Shown here piece by piece: positions 12,990 through 26,514 of a stretch of DNA of 64,000 bases. The DNA is taken from contig NC_133621.1 in NCBI RefSeq assembly GCF_048593235.1, positions 124,521,341-124,585,340 on the forward strand, read 5' to 3'. The translations under genes and the position numbers were made by a program. The notes under the pieces were generated by a model. That model did no database searches, was not told where the DNA came from, and was given only the letters and a program-made list of their open reading frames with translations. The stretch's first letter is position 1; each line of letters opens with the position of its first letter. Source of the stretch: Sminthopsis crassicaudata (lineage: Eukaryota).

Positions 12990-13245
12990 TTGTTGTTATT
13001 GTTCAGTAATTTTCAATTGCGTCCAGCTCTTTGAGACCCCATTTAATGTTTTCTTGGTAAAGATATTGAAGTAGTTTGCTATTTCCTTCTCCAGCTCATT
13101 TTTACAGATGAGAAAACAAAGGCAAACAGGCTTAAGTCATTTATTTAGGGTTATACAATTAGTAAGTATCTTGGTCCAGATTTGAACTCACAAAGAGAAT
13201 GTGTTATTGAGTTCAGATCCAGCACCCTTTCCAATGCACCAGCTA
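12990..13245 (-). mobile_element. MAR1 SINE
   Basis: Antisense MAR1: TTGTTCAG...GTTTTCTTGGTAAAGATA...TTTCCTTCTCCAGCTCATTTTACAGATGAG...GATTTGAACTC. Confidence 0.85.
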
Positions 13246-13439
13246 TATTTTTACAGGACTTTTAAAGCATACCCTTTGACAGCTAGAAATGGATATAAAA
13301 TATCAACAATGACTTACTTAAACTCCTAAGTAGGGATTTTTTTCCACCTTGAAAATCTTTTTTGCACAAAGTCATTTTAAGAAATTATGTTAAATTAAAG
13401 ACCTTCCTACTAGGAAGAAAGTTGGGTCATTTATCATTA

Positions 13440-13600
13440 GCCAAAATGGAGAAAGGGTCAACATAAACTCTGCCTCTGCATAGTTGCCCTTCTCCTAGAC
13501 TCTTCATTTATTGAATTGTCTTTATCATATTCCTTTGGAACTGAAGTATATAGGCTTGGATTCTTCTAATATTTCCAACTGACAATGAAATAGTGAATTA
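13440..13600 (-). mobile_element. Possible L3/CR1 remnant
   Basis: Minus strand GAAGAGTCTAGGAGAAGGGCAACTA resembles the CR1 RT 3' motif GTCCAGAGGAGGGCAACCA. Confidence 0.35.
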
Positions 13601-14951
13601 AAGGTAAAGCATTTGCTCAATTATTTTTCTCTGCAATGATTATAAGCAACCAAGCAAAAACTTTAAAGGAAATGAAATTCTAACTTCAAATATGACATTT
13701 CAATTACTTTGAACTTTCTCCCTTACTACTTTCTCTCTCTCCCAAACACACTTCTAAAATATATGAACATAATATACAGAACATTTTCCATTTTGAGTTG
13801 AATTTAGAAGCAAACCCAGATCTTGTTTGTTTTTAAAATAGGTTTTAATCAATGTTTTATTTTTTATATTACATTTCCCCTTCTTTATTCCTCCCCTTTC
13901 CCTAACCAGAGAGATATTTAACATTATAAATATATTTAAGATAAAAAAGAAAGAGAAAAAAATAGAAACAAGAAAACATTAAAAAAAATCTGAAGATATG
14001 TACAATGTACCACACTTGTGTGTGTGTAACTTTCCAACTTAAGTGCAACTCCAGATTAAATTGATCCTCTCACAGGGTTTTTAAATATTGTCTTTAAGAG
14101 AAAAGGAATAGAATCTGATGAACCAATATTCAACAGTAATCTTTGATCTTTGAAAGAGCTGTGTGAAGCATTGAGAGATGACAGAGAACTTTCCTAAAGA
14201 AACTTAAGAGACTCAATAGCTATGGAGAACAAGTTTATGAGACACTATAGTTAACTGTCATGAGAGAATGATTAATTTCATGATTTAAAAGTTTATTTTT
14301 GAAAGAGTCTGAAGAGTTATTTGGAGGGAAATGAATTTAATTACTTTTTTAGCTGGAAAATCCTGAGCTGAACTCAAATTTTCTTGCTGGGAGCTCAAAG
14401 CTAATTTATTAATTGACCCATAAGAGAAATTTTTGCTTTTTCAAGTACTTTAAAATACATTCTAAAATAATTCCAATTCATATCTATTAAATAGACTTAA
14501 TCAGGCAAAATTAATAAAATAACAAGCTAGTTAGTAGGAAAGAATGATGCTGAATGGTTTTAAGATACCATAAAACTATTTTTCAAAAAGCATTCTGAGA
14601 TTTGTGATAATCAGAATTATTTGACATTGAAATAAAACAAAACTTTTTTTTTCATGTGTTCATTAAAGAAAGACAAAATGACAAATTTTGATTGATATGG
14701 ATTTTGCCATTAGCAAAATATATTGCCTAGATTATGTAATACCAAATATTTTCCAATGTATTGATGAAAAATGAATTCTTCTGTTTAGAACTAATAATAT
14801 TTTTAAAAATGAAGAACATAAGGTGTCTAGATACAAAAACATAGTTAAAAGATGACAGCAAGTACTTGGGTAGAGTTCAAAATTTTCATTTGATAACTGA
14901 AATAAGCATTATTTTTTGAAGTAGAGAAAGCATTAAAAAGATCATACAGAA

Positions 14952-15112
14952 AAGGTCTTCTTAACCTTTTATGTCACACAGTGCCCTTTGTATGCTAGTG
15001 ATACCTATGGACTTCTCAGAATAACATTTTTGTATGCATAAAATACAAAAGATAGAAAGGAAATCAATTACATTTTAAAGCAATTATTTAAATTTTAAAA
15101 ATTGCTCTACTC
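14952..15112 (+). mobile_element. hAT-Charlie MITE remnant
   Basis: TTCTTAACCTTTT...CCTATGGAC...TTCTCAGAATAA...AGGAAATCAATTA matches a therian Charlie MITE as recalled. Confidence 0.55.
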
Positions 15113-15296
15113 TAGATTTAAAACTATATAGCAGAATGCAAGATGTACCAAAAGTCTAAATAGGCTCTCAAAATAGGGAGATTGAAGAGGATGATTTGTG
15201 AATCTAATTACTGCCATACTAGAAATTATGTCATTGGCTGAATTTGACCATAAATAACACTTTTAAAAGCACTATGAACATTCATTTCCACCCCAG

Positions 15297-15392
15297 TCCT
15301 AATTCAAATATGTATACTAATATTTTTTCTAATTTTAATGACAATTGCATCACATGGTCTTTAACATGGCAGGCTGCCTGGAAACTGTTTCG
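15297..15392 (+). CDS. Candidate 96-nt coding exon (phase 2-2)
   Basis: Acceptor CATTTCCACCCCAG, donor GTAAAT; only one open frame, PNSNMYTNIFSNFNDNCITWSLTWQAAWKLF. Confidence 0.3.
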
Positions 15393-15732
15393 GTAAATTA
15401 CACACCAAGATGATCTACTTTTTGGATTGTCTCCAGGACAAAAGCTATGATGTATAATTAAATCCAACTAACAATTAACTTCCATCCACTATAACATAAG
15501 GGACAAGCATTTTAAATTTAGTTATTTACAATAAAAGGTATGAAAAAGCTTTTTTTTTCAATGAATGACTAAAAATAGATAAATATACATGAGGTTTAGT
15601 TCTATGATTTATATAGAATAACAATGAAATGAAGTAGGGCAACTTGCTCTTTTTCTCACTATCTTTAAGCAATGTGTTAGCAAAAATAAAGAAATAACCA
15701 TCTGATGAAGTACTCAGAATTTGTCTCTTTAG

Positions 15733-15798
15733 CTCATGTTTAATTCTAAAGAAATCTTTCAAGCAACACAGCTATAGTACTTTGGCATCACTGATTAT
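15733..15798 (+). CDS. Candidate 66-nt coding exon (phase 2-2)
   Basis: Acceptor TTTGTCTCTTTAG, donor GTAAGT; its only open frame, SCLILKKSFKQHSYSTLASLI, is in phase with the 15297-15392 candidate. Confidence 0.33.
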
Positions 15799-18218
15799 GT
15801 AAGTATCAGTCTGTCAAATGAGCTAAAGTTATGATTTTGTTCTGTTCAACATATTTACGCATACTGATAAGGTTTGCTTAATCACCATGACATGCCTTTT
15901 ATATTCACCACCCACTCATGGATCCTGGAGAAAGGTACTAACTCTTTCCTAACTTAGTCTTTTATCACATCAAAAAAATCTGTAGAGATGTAACTATCAT
16001 GTTAAAATTTGTTTTAGGCCTAATAAGAATAATAACAGCAAAAGCTAATATTTATTATCCTTTTTGATATAACATTTGTTAACTAACTTATTCCTTATAA
16101 CAACTCTGGTAAAATAGGTTGTAGAAATGGAAACTGAGGCTTTCTCTGGGAGATTAATAGTAAAGCAAAATAAATAACAACATTATGCCTTAATAAAATA
16201 TTCGTGAATTTTAGCATATATTTATAAAACGTAGTGTTTGCTTTTGAAACATTTGCTAATTTTCAAATTCCTGAAGAAAATAAAGTGGAGTAGAAATCTG
16301 TTCTATTTAAATGACTCTTTGAAACTTCCTCTCTCTAAGTTTTTGTTCTTTGAAACTTCAGAGACTCATTAGATATTTCCTTCAATTTAACTGGAATGAA
16401 TATTTCAAGGAAAATTAATTTTTAAAGGAAAGTTGTTTGTAGATGTATTGCAGACTCAGGGTAATATAGAAAACCACAGTAGGAAATGTGAGTTCTGGAT
16501 GAGCAATGAGATAAATAATATTATCATCAGGTGCCTCTTAGTATTCCATTTTATGCCTTGTATAAACTTTGGGAACTATACTTTTCTTTTCTTGTTTTTT
16601 AACTTTTATTTAAAACATTCTTTTTCTTTGCCTTATTCCTGCTCTTGTTCATTAGCAATCAATAAGATTCAGACTAAGAGATCTAGATTCAAGAATGAAA
16701 GTCAAGTTCCCTCCTCCCCAATTTAGACAGTGATTATTGTTGATTGTTTTGTTGATTATTTGTGATTTAGTTTGGGAATTGCAATTTTCCATCAAATGAT
16801 AGCATTCATGGTCAATAAATTATAATAATATGCTAAATTTAGAAACAAAATTATTCGAGTGGTTTTTACATTTTACATTTCAATGTATCATATATTATTC
16901 TTTCAAATAATTCTCAGATTATTTATATAATTCTAAGTATTCTTGCCGAGAAAGTGAAGGAGGGAGAATGAAAGATTCCTCAAAGAAATACAGGTGCCGA
17001 TGTTATTTGTTGCTTTCACTGCCAAATAAATGTATTGTTTTCATCCTGAACAAAGAAAAAAATATAATTAAGAACATTTCAAAGGAACTCAAATCATTCA
17101 CTGAGAACTCGTAGAAACTTTTTTTTTTTATTTTGTGCAGTTAATCTCTCCTTCTACTCTACCACCACCTTAAGGGATCTGTCATATAAATATTTCTAAT
17201 GATCAGTCAATACCTCCAGCATTGTCATCAATCATTGCTGAACAAGTCCTGTTTTACACAGTAATCACATAAATCCTGTTACAAGAGATTATAATTCTTC
17301 TAGACACACCTCTTGATCCTTGGCAAGGTCATTACTGCTCTATGAGTCTCTACTTCAAGAAAATATATGTCAAAATACAAAAACTGATGAAGAAGCAATG
17401 AAGTATCTTTCTTGGAGTAATTTTATTTCTAAAAGAAAACCAAAAAACTCAAGCAAATAATATATATCAAAGTTTGTTTCAAGTTTGAAGAATACTGTTG
17501 ATACCTACTAGAATTGGCATTGTATTCTCTATTCAAAGAAATATATTCTAACAAAAAGCTATGTTTCATTTGAGCATTATTAGTGGGGGTAATGGAATCA
17601 AGTTTAAGCCAAGACTTTAATTAACCATTAACAGTTGTATCTTTTAATAATTGTTTATGAAATCAATTATTTTCACCGCTCAAAATTTTACTTCTGCTAT
17701 ATAGGGTAGTTTAATTATCTAATAAATTTAGGAAGGTAATGAGCTAGCTAATATGAATAAACAATGCCTTAGTTATACTTTAAATGTCATGCATAATAAA
17801 TCTACAATGAGAGTTAATATGACATGGAAGACCTGAATTTAAGTCTATCTCAAAACCCATACTAATTATATGGCTTGTCAAGTACCTCTGAACACTCTTT
17901 GCAGCTAAGACTAAAAGTTAAATTATATTAAGCTAAATAATAGTTTTGACAATGGAAAAAAATTGAAGTACACTGAATGTAGTAATAAGTCCATACAAAA
18001 ATGGACAAACAATTGATTAAATGTCAAACAAGATGTCTCACATGTAATATGGAATATACTCCTTCTTTTGTCCATCTTAACAAGCTATATAGTAACAAGA
18101 TAAAGCAGAATATAATAAACTCAAATATCTCCCATTTCTTAAATCTTACTCTTTCCAGCATTTTGTTCCAGTTGATTTCCATTTTCTCACCTTCATAGAT
18201 ATACTTGTTCACATGTAT

Positions 18219-18410
18219 TGTTGCTATTCTTGAGTTCTTTCAGTCATTTCTGACTCTTTATGACTCCATTTGGGGTTTTCTTGGCAATAATAATGAAGTA
18301 GTTTTCTATTTCCTTTTTTAGTTCATTTTACAGATAAGGAATGTGACCTCAGATCTTCTTGACTCCAGACCCAGGACTCTATCTACTATGTCACTAAGCT
18401 GTCCAAGGCC
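18219..18410 (-). mobile_element. MAR1 SINE with internal deletion
   Basis: GACTCCATTTGGGGTTTTCTTGGCAA...CATTTTACAGAT...GACTCCAGACCCAGGACTCTATCTACT...AGCTGTCC. Confidence 0.8.
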
Positions 18411-19154
18411 TCCAGGGAACAAACCTCAATAAGAATTCTTCATTTTGATTTCTTTGTAGGAATTTTGATACTGGGAATCAACATTTGTTCTTTCTACACA
18501 TTCTTCAAATTAATTTCTAGGACACAGTACTTGATGGTTTGCCTAGTATCTTACTAGTACAATAGTTTCCTTACTGCTTCTCTCACTGGGACATTTTATG
18601 TCACAAAACAGGCAGAATTTGGAATATGCAAATGGCAGTGTTTGTAAAGTATAAATGTCAGTGTTATGTAAACTTTCAATTATATTGGTAGCTCTTATTT
18701 AACTAGGAAATCTATAATTTCATAGATTCACTACTCTTTCTGCCTATCAATCAGACAAGTTCCTATTAAACATCTACTATGTTACTTGATTATTGCTGGA
18801 CAAAAGTTGCATACTTCAAATTTCTTCAAACGTGCATTAAGGCTATATAAAATAAAGCAAAATAACACAAACAAGCAAAACCACCCCTGCTATATGACAG
18901 CTTATATACTATTCCTATACAATATATACATGTATAGGAATAAACACAATATAAATAAGAATGAATATTTCCAATAAAGATCACAACTCTTATATTACTA
19001 AGTACATACTCTTCAAGGGTTGCTAGAGCATAAAAAAATCTTGAAGCTAAACTTGTGATGATATATATGGTCTTTAACCAGGGACATCTTTTAGATTAGT
19101 ATAGGTTGCCTATTCTTCTGCCTTTAAGAATACTGTCATTTCTCTTTTCTATTT

Positions 19155-19390
19155 GGGCAGCTAAGTGCTTCCGACAAACAGCAGTAAAATTAGAGCTAAG
19201 AAGATCTGAGTACAAATATCAGTTCAGATTAATACTAGCTATTCGATGATAGGTAAATCATTTATGCCTTTCAATGTCATTTTCCATATCTGTAAAACTG
19301 GGATAAAAGTAGCACCTAACTCCAAGGGTAGTTTTGAGAATCTAGTGAGATTGTATAAATTTAGAACTTTTCATACTTTATAATGTTATT
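19155..19390 (+). mobile_element. MIR-like CORE-SINE
   Basis: GGGCAGCTAAGTG head; TTTCCATATCTGTAAAACTGGGATAA core. Confidence 0.7.
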
Positions 19391-19807
19391 TGTTGTTGTT
19401 GCTATTGAATGGGCATTGAAAAGGACTTCAGTAAAAGTAGTTATATCCACTTAAAAATAGTAGTATAAGATCATACATTTAAAACTATAGTCAATTATTA
19501 AATCTGACTTCATGTACTATGTACAAACATCAAGCAAACCATATGATAATTGGCATAATCTTTTGTAACCTTAATGAAATAAGTGAAAACTAGAGATTCA
19601 GCTTTGTATAGTGGTAGAAAATTTAAGAGGAAGGATGATCTATCTGAATTTGAATTCTGCTTCAAATCCTTGTAGGCAGCAGAAAGCTGAAATGATAATA
19701 ATACCACTTACCTCAAAGAGATGTGGTAAGGACCATATGAAATGACTCATTGAACCATTTTTCATGGCCTAAAGTATTATATTATAAATGATAGTTAAAC
19801 TAAAATG

Positions 19808-20052
19808 AGGTAGCTAAGTGGATAAAACTCTCACCCTGCAATCAAGAAGACCTGAGTTCAAATCTGACCTCAGATACTTAGTAGCTGTGTGATCCTGAGC
19901 AAGTCATTAAACCTCTAATTTGTTTTAATCTTCTGGAAAAGGAAATAGTAAATAGTAAAGGAAAAATCAACCACTCTAATACCTTTGTCAAGAAATTCTC
20001 ATGGTTAGTGTGGTCTATAGGATCATTAAGATTTGAACTGAACTGAAGAACA
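19808..20052 (+). mobile_element. MAR1-like SINE
   Basis: GACCTGAGTTCAAATCTGACCTCAGATACTTAGTAGCTGTGTGATCCTGAGCAAGTCA...CTGGAAAAGGAAAT...GAACTGAAGAACAA. Confidence 0.8.
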
Positions 20053-20409
20053 AGTCTAATAAATGTATTTTTGTGTTTACTTCTAGACTTTAAATTTAAG
20101 ATTGAACAAATGGATGCCTCATTCTTGAACAAACATTAACATCTAAGAAATTATAGGAATTTACTATGTGAAAAGGTTCCTTAGCTTTAAATATAGTTTA
20201 ATTTGTAGTGATGTTTCTTCTCCCTTGCTTCAGCTGAACATTTAACAATGTAGAAATTTGGCAGGTTAAGTAATTAGGGCATAATTATAAGCCTTGTGTG
20301 GATGAACTATTACCTCACCACAATTTTGAGTGAGTCAAATCACAGATTTTTTTATGCTATTTCTTCTGAAAAGTTTTCTATGAGCCAAATAACACAATGA
20401 TTTAACAAA

Positions 20410-20810
20410 CCCAGAACAGAGCCTTGTGGGGCACCCAAAGTCAGCAAAAATGACCTGCATCAAGGTTCAGCAAAGGGAATTGAGGAGCATTCAGAAGTTA
20501 GGAGAACTAGAGGAAAATGAGGTAATAAAAACTTAGAGAAAAAAAGAATGTCAAGGAGAAGTTTGTTTGTTTGTTTTTTTCTTTTTTTTTGTTTTTTTCT
20601 TTAACAGTGTCAAACTTTACGGGAAGTTCCAGAAGAATGAGATTTGAGAAAAGAAAATCAGATCTGGCAATTAAGAGATTGTTAGTAACTTTGAGGAGAA
20701 TGGTTTGGTTTGAATGATGAGGTCAGAAGCCAGATATAGAAACTTAAGAAGATAATGTGGGAAAAGGAAGGGAAGACCCCTATAGTGTATGGTTTATTTA
20801 AGAAGGTAAA
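20410..20810 (-). mobile_element. L2 internal fragment
   Basis: Purine-rich antisense L2 pattern (ACAGAGCCTTGTGGGGCACC...GATCTGGCAATTAAGAGATTGTTAGTAACTTTGAGGAG). Confidence 0.7.
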
Positions 20811-21600
20811 GATCACCTAACCAGTATAACTTATTCGTTGTACAGAGAAAAAAGTTGAGGATAAAAAGAGACTCAAAAACCATTGGGATCTTAGATCTTA
20901 GAAACCACATTGTCCAACATTCTCATTTTATAGAGGAAGGAGGCAACAAAGATTTAGAATTAGTGTCAGAGAAGCAATTAGAACCAAAGTATCCTGATAG
21001 GTCTTTGAAATTTGGCATCCATAGAGAAATGGGCACATTCCCTTTCGAAGCAGAAGCATCTGGTCTAACAAGACTAAAATAAGTAGTTGAACAGAATGGA
21101 GTCTCTTTAGTCTTTTTTTTTTTTTTTGGCATATTATGGTAACAAACTTAACCATCATACTCCTGTCTATTGCCTGAGGAGAAAAAAAAAAAAAGAAAGA
21201 AAAAAAAAGCTTTTAAGGAAATAAAATTCCCAAGAGGAGGGATATCAAGGACTCCCTGCTTCAAGGACTAGCCACTTTAAATACCCCTGGATCTCTATTT
21301 TCCCACCTTTCCAGGGACATAATATGTTAAACAATAGTGGAGAATTACTTGTGTTGTGCAAACATTTTCTCCTTTTTGGATTAGCCTGGCCCCTTAAAAA
21401 GTCAGGATTGCTGAAATCACTCTGCCATTGTTCAGGGAAATAATCTTGATGTAGACTAAATCCTGCCATCACCACAACCACCATCATTAACTTCAGCCCA
21501 ACCATTCACCACCAACTGGCAGGCAAGGTAGCCCAGGTTAAACAGCAAGGTACCCCAAATAGAAAAAAAAAAAAACATGTATTATTCTCATTGAGGAGGA

Positions 21601-21863
21601 TTTGTTGTTCTTCAGTTGTTTTTAGTCATGTCTGATTTGTGACTCCATATGGATTGGGTTTGTTTGTTTGTTGGTTTTTGCCAATGTTTTTTTATTTTCT
21701 TCTCTTGCTCATTTTACAGAAGAATAAATTAAGGAAAACAGGGTTAAATGACCTTTCCAGGGTCACACAACTTATAAATGTCTGAGACCAAATTTGAACC
21801 GAAGAAGATAAATTTTCTTGACTTCAGGTCTGGCTTTTTATCAATTGTACCACCAACTTCCTT
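21601..21863 (-). mobile_element. MAR1 SINE
   Basis: TTGTTGTTCTTCAGTTG...CATTTTACAGAAG...CAGGGTCACACA...TTTGAACC. Confidence 0.85.
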
Positions 21864-22379
21864 AATTTGAGGATTTAATCCATAATCATTACTGTCACCT
21901 CTTAGACCCTTATAGAAGTTGTTTAGCAATCCACGTGCAAGAGATTTGTGAGCCTTGCCACCATCATTCAGGAAAAGAATAATCCAAAGGAAGGAGGCTT
22001 CCCAACACCAACTTTTGGAAAAAAGGCAGTCCTCAATCCTGAGAAGCAGTAGAAATGGCCATATATCATAAACTCAAAAGTAGCAATGGAGAAATCCTGC
22101 TTCTTGCCAGTACTCTGGTGCCAGCATCCTAATCAACCATAGCTACTGAAGACCAGGAAAAGAAAATTCTCACTACCAAAATCCTTGGCCTTTTCCAATA
22201 TTTCAACAACAGAATTGATATGGTTTTATTAACTAAAATGCCAGTAAAGAAGATGTTTATATATCTATCTTATTTCCCTTTATACTCCAGGCAGAATGGA
22301 TTTATATGTGTTAATATTACCAGGCTTGACCATGTATCCTCTCGGTATACCCTTAGGACCGTCTACTGTGAAATTTAAT

Positions 22380-22535
22380 CTTCCTATATGTGTTTTTCCT
22401 CTTTATTAGAATATGAGCTACTTTAGAGGAAGGATTATCTTGATTTTGTATTTGTATCTCCATAACTTAGTAAAGTTCATGATATATGGTATGTGCTCAA
22501 AAATGGCTTTTATCATTCATTTGTTCATTCATTCT
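22380..22535 (+). mobile_element. L2 3' end
   Basis: TTAGAATATGAGCTACTTTAGAGGAAGG...TTTGTATCTCCATAACTTAG terminal L2 pattern. Confidence 0.6.
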
Positions 22536-22741
22536 CCCTTTGTAGTTCAGTCTGCAATACTTTTAACCTGCAGACTTCAAGTCTATATGATATGGGAAAT
22601 AAAGGTGTTTAAGATAGATTTCCTGCAGGGACACAGGTATTTCTGTTTCCCTTCCCTGTTTTACTATTATATTTCATTATAAATAATAATGATGGGAGAA
22701 ACATATTCCAAACCAATTATTGCTCTATTTTTTCTCTTCAG

Positions 22742-22759
22742 ATGAAAAAGAAATGTATT
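22742..22759 (+). other. Candidate 18-nt microexon ATGAAAAAGAAATGTATT
   Basis: Acceptor TTGCTCTATTTTTTCTCTTCAG, donor GTGAGT; frame-preserving (xEKEMY in phase 1 or MKKKCI in phase 0). Confidence 0.4.
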
Positions 22760-25353
22760 GTGAGTTGAAGACACTTTGGGGTTAGATACTTAGGAGACAA
22801 GCCCCATGGGTTGGAAGATGTTTTCTATTACTATTCCTATATTGTTTACTAGTCTCCTAAATTTTAGGTAGACCTGAGAACTAAAAAACAAAAAAACTCA
22901 AAAAACCCCCAATTCTCTCCCTCTCCTCAGAAAACCAGCTTTCTTCCACTCTGATCAGCTAGGCTCTATTCCTACTCCCCACTTCCAAACTTTCCTCCCA
23001 CCAGGTCTTCCTTTTTCCTGTAAACTGATCTTTCAATCTCTGCATTTTAGGCAAATTTTTCTTACCTGGAAGAAGCTAACCATCCTGGGATTTTTTATAG
23101 GGTTTTTGTTTGTTTGTTTGTTCACTTTTTTGACATAGTTTTTTCTATACTGATATCATGGATTTTATGAATAAAATGCTTCAGAAATTATGAAGTACAA
23201 TAGAAATATGAGTTATGCTGCTGATGATAAAATATTTTATTACTTTGGCACATAGATAACTAAATGGTTTCATATCTTGAGAGAATGAATATTCTTGATA
23301 TACTCATAGCACAACTTGGACACTTGGGAGAACTGGAAATAGAAAATGTTTAATTTTCATGTCACAAAATAGAAGCTATATGGAGAACTCTAGAAAATAA
23401 TTAGGATTTCTAGCTTCCTTTGAATCAGTTTGGTGTGCTGGTTTTGATTTATTCCTCTTTTCTCTTACTGTAGAGTTTTGTTTATGTTGTACTTCATAAC
23501 TAGATGGTTTCCTTCTCACCTCTTCTAATTCAGAATTTGCCTCCTCCACAAAGCTTTTCCAGACAAAGTGACCCTTTATCTTTCTCTATGTACATGTGAC
23601 TATCTCAGCATTTAATTGTGACCATATCCTCAAGAGGAAGGGCTCAATATGACATGCCCCAAAGGATTCAGTGGTGTCATAGATAGTTTGTGGCCAATTG
23701 ATTAATTAAATTAAAGGTCTCATGTCAGCATTAGAGATGTTACCTATTATTTCTATCTCTAAATATAACATTTGCCCTTTATTTTCACTTTAAATTGCAA
23801 TCTAATTAACAAATAAAGTAATTAAGCAGTTAGATGACATAGAAGATAGAACTTAGCAGAGCATAGATATATGGTTAAATCTATTTAAACAGACTCTCTT
23901 AAATGACAGTTTCCATGAATTTGCCTGACATCTTTTTAAAAATTAATCTAATTTTCATGACATCACTATCATTTAGTTCAGTTCTCTCTTTCCTTAGGAA
24001 AAGGGGAAAAAGAGAGGAAAATTTGTCACTAATGTATATTGGGAAGGAAGGGACAAATCACTGATGTCTTTGAAAAAGTATAAAGATGCTGCAGTATCTT
24101 CTCAATTCTTATGAGCTCAACTGTCATCAAACAATGATGACAATCAATGCAATCTGGCATTACCTTCTTGTGTAATCTCAAATAACTCAATTGTGATCAG
24201 CCATATCTAGAAAATAAGGAAATTGGAACAGATATACTCTCTAAAGTCCCTTTCCATTTTGAAAAATAAACAAAAACAAACATGAGTCTGTAATTATATG
24301 GCCAGGGATGTAGGGGGTATTTAATTTTAGATAGTTTCCATACTTTTACTTGTATCAAGAGAGAACTGAGGGAGTATCACTTGAGTCCTTGATTTAGGAG
24401 AGAGTGTAATCACTAAGGATGAAATATGCAATGTCAGAGAGGGGAAAATACACTATTTGGATACCTCAAAGGACACTGAGGATACGGATCCTCTGAACAT
24501 TCCCAAATCAAGTTAGATTTTTTTCTTTTAATATATGACAGCTTTAGAAGAGATGAAAAGGACAAAATGAACTAAACATGGCATAAAAGGGGCAAGGTTA
24601 TTTTAATATGCAGAGAGACCCAGAAAGTACCCATGAAGGTTTGGAATAAAAACTACACAAAATTATTTCTTAATATGCCTGCAGATTCTCCTGGAGTAAT
24701 CTTTTTCCAAGGGGAAAAAAAAAAAAAAGGTTAGATTCCTTCCAACAGAAATAGTCTGACATTGGTTTAAAACCTATATGTTTGATTTACTGTATCATTT
24801 TGCCTTGGTCCATGATTTCCTGGTTTCATATGTCCATAGTGCAAGCTACCTGATTTTTTATATTATATAACTTGAGTTTCCACTTATACCAGGTATTCAC
24901 AATAATACATCTACTATAATTCATTCATATATCTGTGTGCATATATATATATCATTTATAATTAATTCATATGTATAGCTACATATCTTTTCCTCTAAAA
25001 TGGCAACTAAGAGCCATAGACAGATTTTCAATAGCAAGTTCTGAACTGCTTGTAGGGATGTAAATATCTGAGACATCAGATTCTGATTGCTGAACTCATT
25101 AATCAAGAAATTCTATAAACTGTGCAAATACTTGAAGTCTCAGCATGAAGAACTCTTTGTGTAGAGACTTCCCCATCAGCACAGACCATAATTCATCAAT
25201 AACTTGATGTATAAAACCTGGAGAGTTGCCAATCACAATTAGTAAAAGGAAATGTCACCTCACAAATGTAAGTTACACAAATTGTTTTCTGGATTCCTAG
25301 GCTTGAGAAAAGTTCAACGAAACAATAATAACTGTTATAGTATCATTTGTCTT

Positions 25354-25357
<4 letters not shown>

Positions 25358-25414
<57 letters not shown>
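25358..25414. repeat. (TG)~28 microsatellite
   Basis: Direct reading. Confidence 0.98.
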
Positions 25415-25416
<2 letters not shown>

Positions 25417-26038
25417 CTTGGATAGGAATACTTTTGGATGGAATAAATCCCTGTCCATCTTTTAATAAGCATCTTAGGTATACAGCCCAATGAGTTACTT
25501 CTTTTCACTCAATCCATATTCTATGGCTGAATATTATTGGAATTTTTGTCCATGAATCAAAATAGATCTTACATCATCCCTCAACATATGTATGCCCCAA
25601 TAACTGGATTAGATGTCAGTGTCTTACCTAAGTAAACGCAACTGAATCAAAACCCAATGGCCCTTCCTAACCAAATCCTAGAAGTCCAGTAATAGAATCT
25701 AGGATGAAAATACTTGGTAAATGATAGTAGAATCTATTTTTTCTTCATTAGTCAGCTCTTAGATTATTATGAGATATTTGTGTTCAAGTTAAGAAATGGA
25801 AATATTATCTAAAGTGGCTCTAGCTTTAAATTAGAGTTACCAAATTTTGTGATATTATTAAATATATTTTATTGTAGTATATTCTTTTTTATGCAAAACC
25901 CAAACATTTCATAATACTTCTGTTATTCAACTAGCCTTTGATTTTTTGACATTTTATTTCATCATCATCTTCATTCATGAATACATAGGTTCCAAATCCT
26001 AATTTTTAAAAAACTATGAAAATAAATTATCTAAAATT

Positions 26039-26514
26039 TGTTATGGGCCAGAACTTGAAATAATAAGAATCTAAGTAGAATTGAGGAGATAATGGTTAAA
26101 TCTAGTTTAGCATTGATTTAATCCTACAACAAATAATGGTTTCCTAGTAATATAATGATTGGTTTGTACTCAGTGTGTAGCATCTAAGCTAGAAGCCTCA
26201 GCCAGGGAGATTCAGAGATTCAGAGACAGAAGGTTGGAGGCTGAAGTCTGGAGCACAAGCCCTTGGACTCTGACAGATTCATCCCATCTCATACCACCTT
26301 CAAGGCAGGCTCTCCTCCTTTACTTCTCCACTGAAACCAAGACTCCGGAAGACCCTCAAAAAACTAGCTGCACCCCAAGTGAAGGAAATGGGACTTTGAA
26401 GGAAACAATAAAGGATTTGGACTTTTAACATCTGGCTACTCATGTGGTGATTACTGAACTGAAACAAAGGCTGCCTCCAGAGACCCCAAGAAAATCTCAA
26501 CAGAGAACATTACA
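26039..26514 (+). mobile_element. Solo ERV LTR (~476 bp)
   Basis: Starts TGTTATGGGCCAGAAC, ends ...AACATTACA (TG...CA); AATAAA at 26407-26412; higher GC than flanks. No clear TSD. Confidence 0.75.

Noticed and set aside
20234-20264. Strong acceptor and donor around 31 nt
   Set aside because: Stops in all three frames and no supporting context; likely pseudo-exon.
21900-22230. Possible RTE/LINE coding remnant
   Set aside because: Similarity too weak to assign by eye.
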